64,000 nt of DNA, taken from assembly GCA_943359345.1 (NCBI GenBank), contig CALRHE010000001.1:1995-65994 (forward strand), written 5' to 3'. The notes under the pieces were generated by a model. It searched no databases. It was given only the letters and a program-made list of their open reading frames with translations, and was not told where the DNA came from. The DNA is from Candidatus Uhrbacteria bacterium. GTDB taxonomy: Bacteria > Patescibacteriota > Patescibacteriia > UBA9934. The position numbers were made by a program, and so were the translations under genes. Below, piece by piece: positions 30,454 through 40,934 of the stretch; position 1 is the first letter of the stretch; each line of letters starts with the position of its first letter.

Positions 30454-30485
30454 TCCACTAACGTGCCGATCGGCACGTTAGTGGA
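30454..30485. repeat. Perfect 32-bp palindrome between rfbC and rfbD
   Basis: TCCACTAACGTGCCGA|TCGGCACGTTAGTGGA. Confidence 0.85.
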
Positions 30486-30504
30486 TCATTGCAAAAATGC
30501 AATG

Positions 30505-31044
30505 TTAAAACGGTAATTTCAAATCCTTAAATAGTGGTGCGGCCTGATCACGAGCGGATAGCATTGGCGTACCCATCACCGGCCAAGACACTTCCAGCTC
30601 AGGATCATTCCAAGCCACGTTACCATCACCGGCCTGATCGTACGTCTCAGTACACTTATACAGCACATCACAATCCTCAAGTGCGTAAAAGCCGTGCGCA
30701 AAGCCAACCGGCAACCACAACATCTTTTTGTTCTCAGCTGAAAGCTCAAGACCAAAAGACTGTTTATAGGTCGACGAGCCTGTGCGCAGATCAACGGCCA
30801 CATCCCAAACTCGTCCACGAGTACAACGCACAAGTTTCCCCATGGCCTTAGGCGGCAATTGAAAATGCAAACCGCGCAGCACACCTTTTACAGAGGCCGA
30901 GTGGCTGTCTTGTTTAAATTCAGTTGGCAAACCCAGGGCCGCAAACTTATCGGCGTTAAAGGTCTCCATGAAGAAACCCCGTTCATCACCAAATATTTCC
31001 GGTTCTACAACTAGCAGGCCCTCAAAGGGATAAAGAATTTTCAT
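30505..31044 (-). CDS. rfbC: dTDP-4-dehydrorhamnose 3,5-epimerase
   Basis: FGDERGFF.E, LRGLHFQ, KLVRC, DVAVDLR, GFAHGF. Confidence 0.96.
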   Translation of the reverse strand: MKILYPFEGLLVVEPEIFGDERGFFMETFNADKFAALGLPTEFKQDSHSASVKGVLRGLHFQLPPKAMGKLVRCTRGRVWDVAVDLRTGSSTYKQSFGLELSAENKKMLWLPVGFAHGFYALEDCDVLYKCTETYDQAGDGNVAWNDPELEVSWPVMGTPMLSARDQAAPLFKDLKLPF

Positions 31045-31047
31045 AAG

Positions 31048-32058
31048 CTAAAGCACGCGACCAAATTGCAACTTAAACCACTCACGGTAAGCGGCACTTT
31101 GTCGGATGGGGCGCCACCAGGCTTCGTTTTTGCGGTACCAGGTAACCATGTCACGCAAACCCTCCTCGAAGGTCTGGCTCGGCTGCCAACCCAGTTCACG
31201 GTTGATCTTGGTGTAATCAATAGCGTAACGACGGTCCTGACCAGGACGATCTTTCTGATACTCCAGCATGTTTTCGGTCAGGCCCATGACGTTTAAAAGC
31301 GCCTTGGCAGTATCAAGAACGCTGTACTCAGCGTTGCCACCCATCATGTAGGTCTCACTAAGCTTACCTTTTTCGATCACCGATATCACACCCTGAGCGT
31401 GATCGTGAGCATGAATCCAATCGCGAATCTGCCGGCCATCGCCGTGAATAAAGATCGGGTCACCGTCGATGAGGTTCGTGATCGCAATCGACAAAAACTT
31501 TTCAGGATACAGAAACGGGCCGTAGTTGTTGGTACAGTTTGAAATGGTAGCCTGAAGTTGATGCGTATCTATGGCGGCCCGTACCAAATGGTCAGCTGCA
31601 GCCTTGGTGGCGCTATATGGATTGCGCGGGCCGTAGGGGGTCGACTCGTTGAACTTTGCATCATTTAGTCCGAGTGATCCAAACACCTCATCAGTGCTCA
31701 CGTGGTGCAGACGCTTACCGTGCTTCACGCAGGCGTCAATCAAACGCTGGGTGCCGAGCACGTTAGTTAAAATAAATGGTTCGACGTCAACAATAGAACG
31801 ATCAACGTGCGTCTCGGCGGCAAAGTGGGCCACGATATCAACATCCTGTACAAGGGTGTCCACCAATTTCTTATCAACGATCGAGCCGTAAACAAAACGA
31901 TATTTCGGTTGTGTCTGGATATCAATAGTATTCGCTAAATTACCAGCGTAGGTAAGCGAATCCAAATTAATAATCTCCCACTCGGGACGCTCTGCCAAAA
32001 CCGTACGGATAAAATGCGATCCTATAAAGCCGCAGCCACCAGTTACGAGCACTTTCAT
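31048..32058 (-). CDS. rfbB: dTDP-glucose 4,6-dehydratase
   Basis: GGCGFIGS, LTYAGN, HFAAETHVDRSI, STDEVFG, YSATKA, DRPGQDRRY. Confidence 0.96.
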   Translation of the reverse strand: MKVLVTGGCGFIGSHFIRTVLAERPEWEIINLDSLTYAGNLANTIDIQTQPKYRFVYGSIVDKKLVDTLVQDVDIVAHFAAETHVDRSIVDVEPFILTNVLGTQRLIDACVKHGKRLHHVSTDEVFGSLGLNDAKFNESTPYGPRNPYSATKAAADHLVRAAIDTHQLQATISNCTNNYGPFLYPEKFLSIAITNLIDGDPIFIHGDGRQIRDWIHAHDHAQGVISVIEKGKLSETYMMGGNAEYSVLDTAKALLNVMGLTENMLEYQKDRPGQDRRYAIDYTKINRELGWQPSQTFEEGLRDMVTWYRKNEAWWRPIRQSAAYREWFKLQFGRVL

Positions 32059-32130
32059 AGTCACTACCCACCTTACAGGAACCAGCCAAAACAGGTCAAC
32101 AGTTTTTAAACTGCTAACTTTAGCTTAATT

Positions 32131-32535
32131 TTATATGGCTAATCTGATCATCTCAGCGACTTTGGAAAGCTCCTCTTGCGATACAGGCTGCTTCACAAAA
32201 TTTCTTGGCTCGCCGTCTTTGCGCGGCATGATGTGCAAGTGCGTATGGAGAACGTCCTGACCAGCAACTTCGCCGTGATTCATGCCGAGGTTGTAACCGC
32301 TACCGCCGACGGCTTTGGTGATTTTGGGTGCGAGATCGTGAATAGCGGTCATGAGGGCGCAGGCATCCTCGACCGAACCGGCCGCGAGATTCTCGGCGTG
32401 CTGTTTGGGAACGACAAGGGTGTGACCCGTGCTTACAGGACCGATATCGAGAAAAGCCAACACGCTATCGTTCTCGTACACTTTATGCGCAGGAATTTGG
32501 CCGGCGATAATTTTGCAAAACAAACAGTCAGACAT
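32131..32535 (-). CDS. HIT family nucleotide hydrolase
   Basis: DCLFCKI, GHTLVVPK.H and the HTHLHI triad. Confidence 0.93.
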   Translation of the reverse strand: MSDCLFCKIIAGQIPAHKVYENDSVLAFLDIGPVSTGHTLVVPKQHAENLAAGSVEDACALMTAIHDLAPKITKAVGGSGYNLGMNHGEVAGQDVLHTHLHIMPRKDGEPRNFVKQPVSQEELSKVAEMIRLAI

Positions 32536-32539
32536 ATAG

Positions 32540-32881
32540 CTATTCTTTAACATCGCTCAAAGCTTTGAGCAAGAGCAGTGGCAGGACCAGGACAATGATC
32601 GCGAGCACCAGTCGGAAAGCCCCGAAGGCATCGGCAGCCTGAAAAACGAGCAACGAGCCTATGATACCGATGGCGACGGCCACAATTTGGCAGCGGCGAT
32701 GAGGGGCACGCGCTCCCGAGCTCGTCACGAGAGCGCCGATGCCACATACCAATGCGATCAAGAGCACGATGTAAATTGGGAAGACCGAACTGACGAAACC
32801 AGGTACCTGCCACTCTACGTATACCAACGCCAAAAACGTCAGGCTCGAGACAACGTATCCGGTATACCAAAGACTACGCAT
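32540..32881 (-). CDS. Hypothetical four-TM membrane protein
   Basis: Hydrophobic ORF tightly packed in the operon. Confidence 0.6.
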   Translation of the reverse strand: MRSLWYTGYVVSSLTFLALVYVEWQVPGFVSSVFPIYIVLLIALVCGIGALVTSSGARAPHRRCQIVAVAIGIIGSLLVFQAADAFGAFRLVLAIIVLVLPLLLLKALSDVKE

Positions 32882-32882
32882 A

Positions 32883-34352
32883 TTAGGGTAGCAACAACTT
32901 GATGAGACGCTTTAGATCGGCCAAAGTCTCATGTATGGACACGTGTGACTTTTGAAACGTCACCTTAACTGCATGAACCGAGACCTGGCCCAAGTTATCA
33001 TGAATACCTGGCGCTGAGAGCGCAAACTTGTAGGCGTTGTTCTCAACCGCTAGCGTCGAGGTTTCAAACGCAGCACTCGCCACGCGCCAACCATCAGCTT
33101 CTCGCACGGGAGCAAGATTTGCGAGCACATGTTCAACTTCGCTCGACTCCAGATCAGTAAAGGCCGTCAGAGCAATCGGGTCTGGATCAAAAAACGATTC
33201 ACGGCTAAAGGCATACTTTCCTTCCCCGGTAATTTTTACATCGCCTACGGGACTCCTGAGTTCGATCACGCCGGTCCCTGGCACCAGGCTAGAGTATTTT
33301 GCACCGACTTCGTTGATGACGATGGGTGATCCGCCAGCCGAAATGGTTTGCAGACCCTCAGTATGCCGAGTTTCAAGCGTAATCCGTTCTGCATTAGTAA
33401 ATAAACTCGTAGCTTTAGGTGTTGGCAAAAAACCAACATCATCTCCAATAAAAACTTGATTTTTTGCTACCACATAACGCTGAGAGGTTTCAATTGTCCG
33501 CCAAATAATATCGGAAGTCCCTGACAAGGCTATCCGATACACCCCTTCCGGCCAGTCATGTCCAGCCAACTTGAGCGGTGTTCGATCTCTGGGTTGTTGG
33601 TTAGCGTAAATATTTCCGTCGTCTTGACCTACGAACTCGGTCATAAGATTCCCGTTCTCGTCATACACCCGCACCGAAACGCGATCAGGGCCGTAAGTAC
33701 GATTAACGTCGGCGTAGAGTATATCCAAAGAGAAATCTTCGTCCTTGATATAGGTCAACAGCTCATGCGGACCCCGAAGACTCACATCAAACTTTTGTCG
33801 ACCTCCAAGTGGCTCATAGTTTGTTAGACGAAAAGGCGTTGGGAAGTCGGCTCGGTAGGTGGCCACAATCGACCGATCAGGCGGCGTTTCGAGAAAAGTT
33901 TGATAAGCGTCACTCTGGGCATCACGTGAAAAAATCGCTAGACGACCATCCAGGTCATGTCGCGTCCAATCAAGATCCTCGAGGAGCGAGTTCGACAAAG
34001 GTTGAAAATCAAAGGCTTGAGCCGCTACATCTTTCAGACCACCAATTTCGAAAGTCGGCGTTCCGTCAGGATCGAAGGCGACCTCAAGCTTTACGCTTTC
34101 AAAATTTCCCGGCGGCGGCGTCACCGAGAAATACACGGGCTCGTCGAGCAAAGTCACGTAATCATCACCGTTACGCGTCGCGAGCTCGCTCACACGTTCG
34201 TCGGGCAATGGTCGCTGTACAAACGGCGAGACGTCGCCCATTTCGTAACGAACAACTCGCTCACCCGACGGCACAAGATAATTCCAAAGCAGGCCTCCGA
34301 ACAGGAAGATAGGCAAGCTCCAAATAACTAGGCGAGCCAGGCGAATATTCAT
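32883..34352 (-). CDS. Hypothetical membrane-anchored extracellular protein
   Basis: 489-aa ORF with N-terminal TM and beta-rich body; abuts its neighbours. Confidence 0.7.
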   Translation of the reverse strand: MNIRLARLVIWSLPIFLFGGLLWNYLVPSGERVVRYEMGDVSPFVQRPLPDERVSELATRNGDDYVTLLDEPVYFSVTPPPGNFESVKLEVAFDPDGTPTFEIGGLKDVAAQAFDFQPLSNSLLEDLDWTRHDLDGRLAIFSRDAQSDAYQTFLETPPDRSIVATYRADFPTPFRLTNYEPLGGRQKFDVSLRGPHELLTYIKDEDFSLDILYADVNRTYGPDRVSVRVYDENGNLMTEFVGQDDGNIYANQQPRDRTPLKLAGHDWPEGVYRIALSGTSDIIWRTIETSQRYVVAKNQVFIGDDVGFLPTPKATSLFTNAERITLETRHTEGLQTISAGGSPIVINEVGAKYSSLVPGTGVIELRSPVGDVKITGEGKYAFSRESFFDPDPIALTAFTDLESSEVEHVLANLAPVREADGWRVASAAFETSTLAVENNAYKFALSAPGIHDNLGQVSVHAVKVTFQKSHVSIHETLADLKRLIKLLLP

Positions 34353-34353
34353 G

Positions 34354-35928
34354 TTATTCGGCTACGAAACGATATAAGGACTCTTCACTCATGGTCTCCA
34401 CAAACTCGATCCGAACTCCTTGAAGTAAAACCTCGTTCAAATGCTCGATATCTTTCTCCGGCAAGGTGATTCCAAAATAATACACCGGCACCTGTTCGAG
34501 CATGGCTGGCAAGGTCGCGTACGTCGTCTCGCTTCGTAATGGAACGACGACTCGACGCTCTGGATAGAGGTATTTGTCGGCTCGGTCAACGATAACGATC
34601 GCTTCCGACTCGGTCAATGTTAGAATTCGAGCTTCCTTATCAACAAACGTCGCCAGGGCAGCTCGACTCGGTAGATACCCGTCGTGACCAAAGAAGACGA
34701 GCTCGAGCGACAGCAGCGTAGCGAGTATGACAATGCCGCCGGTAAAAACTTTTCTGAGTAACGATCGATCACCGAGCATGTAAACCAAGGTGCGAGCTCC
34801 AAAGACGCTCGCCAGCGCGAACAGTGGCAACCAGTAACGTACGTGGGAGTTGCCGAGAGAAATAATCGATGGGTCTGGGTTGTCGATAATTTTCCAGCTG
34901 CCGTATACAATGCCAAGCCAAGCTGCGAGGACTAACGTAAATACAGCTAACGTACGCCAGAGCTTTTTGTGTTCATCACGTTCAGCCAAGGCGAGTATGA
35001 GGCCAGCGACAGCGAGCACGCTCATCCAGGGATACAACTTCCAACCGTAATCTATGATGTTGTTGAGAATGACACGCTCGTGAAAACCAAATGGGAGTAA
35101 GAAATTTCTCTTCGGCTCGTCAATAGCTGTCGTAGCTGCATCGTCACTGATAACGATAGCCGCGTAGGGATACTGAGCCGTGTAACCATTCACAAATGGA
35201 CTACCGTACATCGTGGCGTTGATAACACCGAGCAGGCCTAGCATGGCCACAAAACCCACCGCCAAGCTCACCATCGACCTCCAACCAATCACGGCTCGAT
35301 AGAGCGCAAATACGGCCACGATAGCGGCCGTTAGCCAGATAATTTCTGACGTTCTGACGATCAGGGCAGCACCAAGGAACGCGCCAGCGATAGCAAAACT
35401 CAATGGTCGACGAGAACGTAGACTGAACCACACGCCAGCAATCACCAACGTCAAAAAGGCTACATTATGCATCATGACTCGACCGGAGTAGTACCAAAAA
35501 GCGGGATGAATCATGAGCAAAAATGCGGCTGCATCTGCTAAGAACTCGTTCTTGAAAACTCGCCGCACGCTGTCGCGCCAAAGAATGATGGCGATCACTG
35601 CAAGTACTGGCGTCACGAAATACATGGCGTAATTACCAAGGACAGCGCCAATCACGCCAAGTACGAACACGAAACCTACAAAACTCGCCGACACGATCGC
35701 TCCCCCGTAACCAATCGTACTGCGGGGATGCAACAAGCCACCCAGCTCGTCATTCAAGGCTTCAGAGGTCGATAAACGACCGGAGTCGGCAAAGGTTTTC
35801 GCGAATACATAAGCTGCGTTCTCATCCGGCGACACGAAAAGTTCGCGACTAAACGGCCAGCTCAAGGTTAAGGTCGACGCAAAAAAGAGGACGAGCACAA
35901 CCCCCCAGACCAAACGTCGAGTGGTCAT
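34354..35928 (-). CDS. GT-C fold (PMT/ArnT-like) membrane glycosyltransferase
   Basis: SPDE acidic motif after TM1, many TMs, RY.LP motif and a C-terminal soluble domain. Confidence 0.7.
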   Translation of the reverse strand: MTTRRLVWGVVLVLFFASTLTLSWPFSRELFVSPDENAAYVFAKTFADSGRLSTSEALNDELGGLLHPRSTIGYGGAIVSASFVGFVFVLGVIGAVLGNYAMYFVTPVLAVIAIILWRDSVRRVFKNEFLADAAAFLLMIHPAFWYYSGRVMMHNVAFLTLVIAGVWFSLRSRRPLSFAIAGAFLGAALIVRTSEIIWLTAAIVAVFALYRAVIGWRSMVSLAVGFVAMLGLLGVINATMYGSPFVNGYTAQYPYAAIVISDDAATTAIDEPKRNFLLPFGFHERVILNNIIDYGWKLYPWMSVLAVAGLILALAERDEHKKLWRTLAVFTLVLAAWLGIVYGSWKIIDNPDPSIISLGNSHVRYWLPLFALASVFGARTLVYMLGDRSLLRKVFTGGIVILATLLSLELVFFGHDGYLPSRAALATFVDKEARILTLTESEAIVIVDRADKYLYPERRVVVPLRSETTYATLPAMLEQVPVYYFGITLPEKDIEHLNEVLLQGVRIEFVETMSEESLYRFVAE

Positions 35929-35930
35929 AT

Positions 35931-36515
35931 CTAGAGCGAGTAGGTAGCTACGGCAATACCGGCAAACACTAACGAGGCCACAAACACATACTCAGCCAGC
36001 TGAATCAAGGCCGGGACATTGAAAACGATACCCAGCAAAAGCAGTGTGAGAGAACTAAATTGTAAAAACATCTTAAGCTTGCCCCAAACGTTAGCTGCCA
36101 TGATGGTTCCAGCGTAACGGGTTGAGGCCCAACGCAATGACGGTAAGATATCCAGCATGAGGGCGATGAACACGATCAGCGGATTAAAATGTTGTAGCGC
36201 CACAAGTAAGGCCACCGAACCAATCAGAAGCTTATCAGCTACAGGGTCAAAGAAAATCCCCCACGGCGTCACCTGCTTGCGGACACGGGCCACCGAGCCG
36301 TCGAGCGCATCCGTAAACGCAGCCAGAATAAATAGCGGCACCGCCCAGGTGTATTGCTCTGTAAACAACAACCATAAAACGATTGGCGTCATCAAAAAAC
36401 GTACCACCGTAATGTGGTTGGGGTGAACAAATTTGGGAACAAGCGGCAAAATAACCACCCTCATGACATAGTCATGGGGGTAGAGTTTTGTCATGTCTCG
36501 ATGCGTGCCAATCAT
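35931..36515 (-). CDS. CDP-alcohol phosphatidyltransferase (PgsA-like)
   Basis: PNHIT..R and the TDALDG.VAR...G.FFDPVADK signature. Confidence 0.9.
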   Translation of the reverse strand: MIGTHRDMTKLYPHDYVMRVVILPLVPKFVHPNHITVVRFLMTPIVLWLLFTEQYTWAVPLFILAAFTDALDGSVARVRKQVTPWGIFFDPVADKLLIGSVALLVALQHFNPLIVFIALMLDILPSLRWASTRYAGTIMAANVWGKLKMFLQFSSLTLLLLGIVFNVPALIQLAEYVFVASLVFAGIAVATYSL

Positions 36516-36548
36516 GCTATAGTTCTAGCAAATATTCGCTAAAATACC

Positions 36549-38576
36549 ATGTCTCGTCGATTTTTACCACTCCTGGCGCTGATCCCGGTCATCATCAACG
36601 CTTATGCCATATCTGAAGCCTGGTTTGGGGTGCTGGCCCTGCTGGCTTATCTTGTGGGCTGTGGCCTAACCTTGGGGCCGCGACTCGCGCCCCTGTCCCC
36701 GCGCCCGCTCCAGCTTGGTCTAGGCATGATGTCAACTCTGGCTGGAATCAGTATCTTAGGCAGCCTGGTCTATTATAGCGCGACCGTTACCACCGAAAGC
36801 CTATTAGCTGTAATCGTTGTCATTGCCGGTCTAGCTTGCGTAGCCTCACCAAATAACCCTACCACCTCCTCCCTACCACCTACCACTTCCTCTAAAATTG
36901 ATCTAGCCCTCTTCGTTTTGGGCTTGCTGTCCCTGTCTGGCTGGTGGATAACTATCTTCTCAACCCCCATTACTGAACCTATTCGTTCAGTCTGGCTAGC
37001 ACTTGATCCCTTGGTACTTGTAGCGCTTGGTCTCTCAAGCCTGTGTGCGCTCACGCTGTGCGTACGTAATCGCTCCTTAGATTTAGCCCTGGTGTTGACG
37101 GCTGTGATTTTGTTCTCAGCCACCTCAGTCGTAGCCGTCACTTACGACCTGGGTTACGGCTTTGATCCATTTCTGCACCGAGCCAGCGTTGCCCACATAT
37201 TAGACCACGGTACTATCACGCCAAAACCCCTGTACTACATCGGGCAATACGCACTCGAGCTAACCGGAGTAAAACTTTTCTCGCTCCCAGTTTTTGCTCT
37301 TGATACCTTACTCGCTCCCGTGCTCGCAGCCTTTGGCATTGTCATGGCTTTAGCCAATCGGAATGCCAGCATTAAGTCTCCGAGCATTGTGCTCGCCAGC
37401 CTCGTGTTCTTACCGCTCGCAGCCTTTGTGCAAACCACACCTCAAGCCCTGGCCTTTGTATTCACAGCTTGGGCATTATTTACAAGTACCAGGCCCCGGC
37501 TAGCACCAGCCATCTTCGCCCTCGCAGCCGTAATCACCCACCCACTAGCCGGTATTGGCGCCGTCGTCTACGTGGTTCTCTTAGCACTCGACGACATTCC
37601 CAATCATTATCAACCTTGGCGGGTTGCGAGCCTGGCCTTAGTCACACTGGCAGCCGCCGTGGCTATCCCCATGGCTTTTGTGGTTCAAGCCAACCTCGCC
37701 CAGCTCTCAATCGAATTCTCGCTCAGTAATGTTTTTAAACTCTGGCGACTGCCAATTGATAGCTTCTTAACTACGCAATACAACGCCTGGGGGGACACCG
37801 CCTACTTTTTCATTGGTAACGCTTTTCTGATCGTGCTCGTGCTTGCAATCATCGGAATCACGCTCACCCCAAAAACCACTTACGGCTGGTACGTACCCGG
37901 CTTGGTGGCGCTCGCAATGTTTATAAACTTTATCATCATTAGTCTAGGCTTTGATTTTACTTTCTTGATCGCTTACGAACGGACGGATTTTGCACTGCGA
38001 CTTTTGACTCTCACAACGCTTTTCTTGCTTCCCTACGTAGCTGTCTTGCTCACGACCATCTGGAAAAAACTCCACCACTCACCAGTCGGCTTACGTCTCG
38101 GTTTCACGGTTGTGTTGTCGCTCGTATTTGTGACCAACGTCTACGCCGCCTATCCGCGTCATGACAATTACGCTCGCTCAGCCGGTTTCAATCTCGGCCC
38201 CTCAGATTTGGACGCTGTTTCAGGCATTGAAACCTCGGCCCAAGGTGAGCCTTACATTGTCCTGTCTAACCAAGCCCTGGCGGCCGCAGCCGTTTCAGAA
38301 CTTGGCTTCAAAGCTTATTACCACGAAGATATTTTCTTTTATCCTATCCCGACCGGCGGTCCTTTGTATCAACATTTCTTAGCCATGGTGGAGGATAAAC
38401 CAACCACAACCACCATGCTTGAGGCCATGGATCTGGCTGGTGTTGATCTAGCTTATTTTGCAGTTCACAGCTACTGGTGGCAGGCCCCCGAAATTATTGA
38501 AAATGCCAAAGCTATCGCCGACGACTGGTTTGGCGTGGGCGATAACGCTGTCACCGTGTTTATATTCCGTCGTTAA
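36549..38576 (+). CDS. Large polytopic membrane protein, probable GT-C / oligosaccharyltransferase-like
   Basis: Many TMs, GFDPFLH luminal motif and a C-terminal soluble domain. Confidence 0.55.
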   Translation: MSRRFLPLLALIPVIINAYAISEAWFGVLALLAYLVGCGLTLGPRLAPLSPRPLQLGLGMMSTLAGISILGSLVYYSATVTTESLLAVIVVIAGLACVASPNNPTTSSLPPTTSSKIDLALFVLGLLSLSGWWITIFSTPITEPIRSVWLALDPLVLVALGLSSLCALTLCVRNRSLDLALVLTAVILFSATSVVAVTYDLGYGFDPFLHRASVAHILDHGTITPKPLYYIGQYALELTGVKLFSLPVFALDTLLAPVLAAFGIVMALANRNASIKSPSIVLASLVFLPLAAFVQTTPQALAFVFTAWALFTSTRPRLAPAIFALAAVITHPLAGIGAVVYVVLLALDDIPNHYQPWRVASLALVTLAAAVAIPMAFVVQANLAQLSIEFSLSNVFKLWRLPIDSFLTTQYNAWGDTAYFFIGNAFLIVLVLAIIGITLTPKTTYGWYVPGLVALAMFINFIIISLGFDFTFLIAYERTDFALRLLTLTTLFLLPYVAVLLTTIWKKLHHSPVGLRLGFTVVLSLVFVTNVYAAYPRHDNYARSAGFNLGPSDLDAVSGIETSAQGEPYIVLSNQALAAAAVSELGFKAYYHEDIFFYPIPTGGPLYQHFLAMVEDKPTTTTMLEAMDLAGVDLAYFAVHSYWWQAPEIIENAKAIADDWFGVGDNAVTVFIFRR

Positions 38577-39811
38577 ACTTCACTGGTATCAGAAACTACT
38601 TGGATTTGATGTTTATGCACAATTGACTGAATAATTTCAACCAGCCGCAGAGCATATTTATCCAAGGCAAAATCAGCTACTGTGGCTCTAATGTTTTCAC
38701 CTGAGGCGATCAATTGGTCCTTATGAAAATCCAGTTCATCAATGGCTCGAATAAAATCTTGGTCATCACCCGGCGTAAATAAATAGCCAGACACGCCTTC
38801 TTGAATCAACTCCCCTACTCCACCAATACGTGCAGCGACTACCGGCAAACCTGCGTTTAAGGCTTCGTAGATTACCGTCGGAGAATTTTCGTAACACAGT
38901 GATGGGACTACTAGGGCATCAACAATCGAAAAAAACTTACTCAACTCCTCCGGCGGCATGTAACCAAGATAACGAATACTGTTGTCATGGGCGGCAGCGG
39001 CCTCAACTAACGGCCGCAATTGGCCGTCACCAACTATTAACAACCTACGGTCTCGTTTCAAATTCTTATAGGTTTCCAACAAAAATTTAATCCCCTTGTG
39101 GCTAGCCAATTGGCCAACGTATAGCAGCTGGAGTGGACCAGGAGCTCGTTGCTCCGGTCGAGGAGAACTGTGTACCGGCGGTGGATTGCGTAAGACACGA
39201 ATTTTTGTGTGTTGAAAAAAACCAGCCTCAAGATAAACCTGCTTTAAATACTCGGAGGGTGAAATAACCATGTCAGGGTTGCCAATTCGGTTCTGACAAA
39301 AATATTTATACACTTTATAAAACGGCTGAGCCCAGCGTGAAGCTTGCTCTTGACCAACTATCAGCAGTCCCGAGGGATAGATCAGCTGTAAATCATGAAG
39401 TACATGAATGTGGGCAATACCTTCAGCTCTAATCACTCGTGGAATATTTAAACCTAGACCTTTCAAGTTGTGAGTGATGACTACATCTGGACGTTCAGCT
39501 TGAAGAATAGTGCGAACGCGAGTAGTGGCGTGCCAAGTTAAGGCGTCGATGGCGTGCCATAACAAGCGCACCCAAGCTGGGTATTTATAATCGTCAAGCG
39601 TGAAATATAAATTAGGTGGGAAGAAACGATACACCCGTTCAGTGCTCGAACGATCAAGGGTGATGTGTTTACCTAATTTTCTAGGCTGTCCGGTAATCAC
39701 AAACACATCATGACCCATGGCCAGCAATTGGCCAACGGTTCTAACGATGACATTTTCGGCTCCGCCACGGGTATGCGGTGGATACAAATTGGTAACAATG
39801 CCGATCTTCAT
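38573..39811 (-). CDS. Glycosyltransferase family 4
   Basis: GGAE, YVGQL..HKG, PSLCYENSP.VIYEA. Confidence 0.9.
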   Translation of the reverse strand: MKIGIVTNLYPPHTRGGAENVIVRTVGQLLAMGHDVFVITGQPRKLGKHITLDRSSTERVYRFFPPNLYFTLDDYKYPAWVRLLWHAIDALTWHATTRVRTILQAERPDVVITHNLKGLGLNIPRVIRAEGIAHIHVLHDLQLIYPSGLLIVGQEQASRWAQPFYKVYKYFCQNRIGNPDMVISPSEYLKQVYLEAGFFQHTKIRVLRNPPPVHSSPRPEQRAPGPLQLLYVGQLASHKGIKFLLETYKNLKRDRRLLIVGDGQLRPLVEAAAAHDNSIRYLGYMPPEELSKFFSIVDALVVPSLCYENSPTVIYEALNAGLPVVAARIGGVGELIQEGVSGYLFTPGDDQDFIRAIDELDFHKDQLIASGENIRATVADFALDKYALRLVEIIQSIVHKHQIQVVSDTSEV

Positions 39812-39817
39812 AAACTG

Positions 39818-40933
39818 CTAAAGCGCAGTCATCCTGTTGTACACCTCCACTAATCTGTCCGCAAGTATAGCCTTGGTGTAGCCACTCAAAAGGCGTTCTC
39901 TGGCTTTGTCTCCCAAAGTCTTGGCTAGCCCTGGCTCATCTAAAAACTTCTGCATGGCTACCTCCAGAGCTTCGTCTACCCCTGATGCGACCACAACACC
40001 CGTCCTCCTATGCTCCACGAGCGTACGCATACCCGGCAAATCTGAAACTATCGAAGGTAAACCGCTAGCGGCCGCCTCTAAGGTAACCAATCCAAACGCC
40101 TCACTCTTACTGGTCGAGGGTAGAATATGAACATCGGCCGCCCGGTAGGCTCGTGGCAGCTCTGCGTCTCTGACTGCACCAGCAAAAGTCACTCGATCAG
40201 CAATACCGAGTGTCTTAGCCAACTCGGTGTAGGCGGTGCGCATATCGCCGTCGCCGACGATCAATAAACGCCAGTCCTGATTGAAGTCCAAATGCGCTGC
40301 GGCTCGGATCAAGACATCAACCCCCTTAAAAGAGTGAGCTCGGTCGAGTCCACCCACAAACACAAACACGAGTGACGAGCTTGGAATGTTGTATTTAGCC
40401 CTGAACTCATCATCACGACCCGGTGCAAAACGTTGCTCGTCAACGCCGAAAGGCATCTCGATCAGCTGATCATGTTTCAGACCGATCGACTGAGCATAAT
40501 CAAATGAGCTTACGAGCACGGCCCTGGCCTGTCTGACAATCAAGGGCTCGATGATTAAGCGATGCAAGCGGAAAATGAGATCGCGCCAGTCGCTGGTTTT
40601 AGGCTGCATGTGATAGGTCAACACATACGGTTTACGTCGCAATACTGACCATAACCACACAAAAATATCGGCACCATAAAAAGTGTAGTGCAAATGTGCC
40701 AAATCATGTCCATCGAGTTTCTTCACGAGCTGCGGCAGCACTGCTGCGTTCCCGAAAGCCAACACCGGCGTCAGATACTCAGCCTCAGGCTGCTTACCCC
40801 GATCACGATAAGCTGGGGTATAAACGGTAACCTCGAAACCGCGTATCTTAAGCTCGGTGGCGTCATGAGCGGCCACCGCTCCCATGCCGCCTTTATAGGG
40901 CGGAAACACCGGCGTAACAATTGCGATTTTCAC
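39818..40933 (-). CDS. Glycosyltransferase family 4
   Basis: PPYKGG, KGVDVLI, SEAFGLVTLEAAASG. Confidence 0.9.
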   Translation of the reverse strand: MKIAIVTPVFPPYKGGMGAVAAHDATELKIRGFEVTVYTPAYRDRGKQPEAEYLTPVLAFGNAAVLPQLVKKLDGHDLAHLHYTFYGADIFVWLWSVLRRKPYVLTYHMQPKTSDWRDLIFRLHRLIIEPLIVRQARAVLVSSFDYAQSIGLKHDQLIEMPFGVDEQRFAPGRDDEFRAKYNIPSSSLVFVFVGGLDRAHSFKGVDVLIRAAAHLDFNQDWRLLIVGDGDMRTAYTELAKTLGIADRVTFAGAVRDAELPRAYRAADVHILPSTSKSEAFGLVTLEAAASGLPSIVSDLPGMRTLVEHRRTGVVVASGVDEALEVAMQKFLDEPGLAKTLGDKARERLLSGYTKAILADRLVEVYNRMTAL

Positions 40934-40934
40934 A

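Noticed and set aside
32131-35928. Apparent CpG-richer composition suggesting a second foreign segment
   Set aside because: Visual impression only and cannot be quantified here; the genes are tightly packed with their neighbours.
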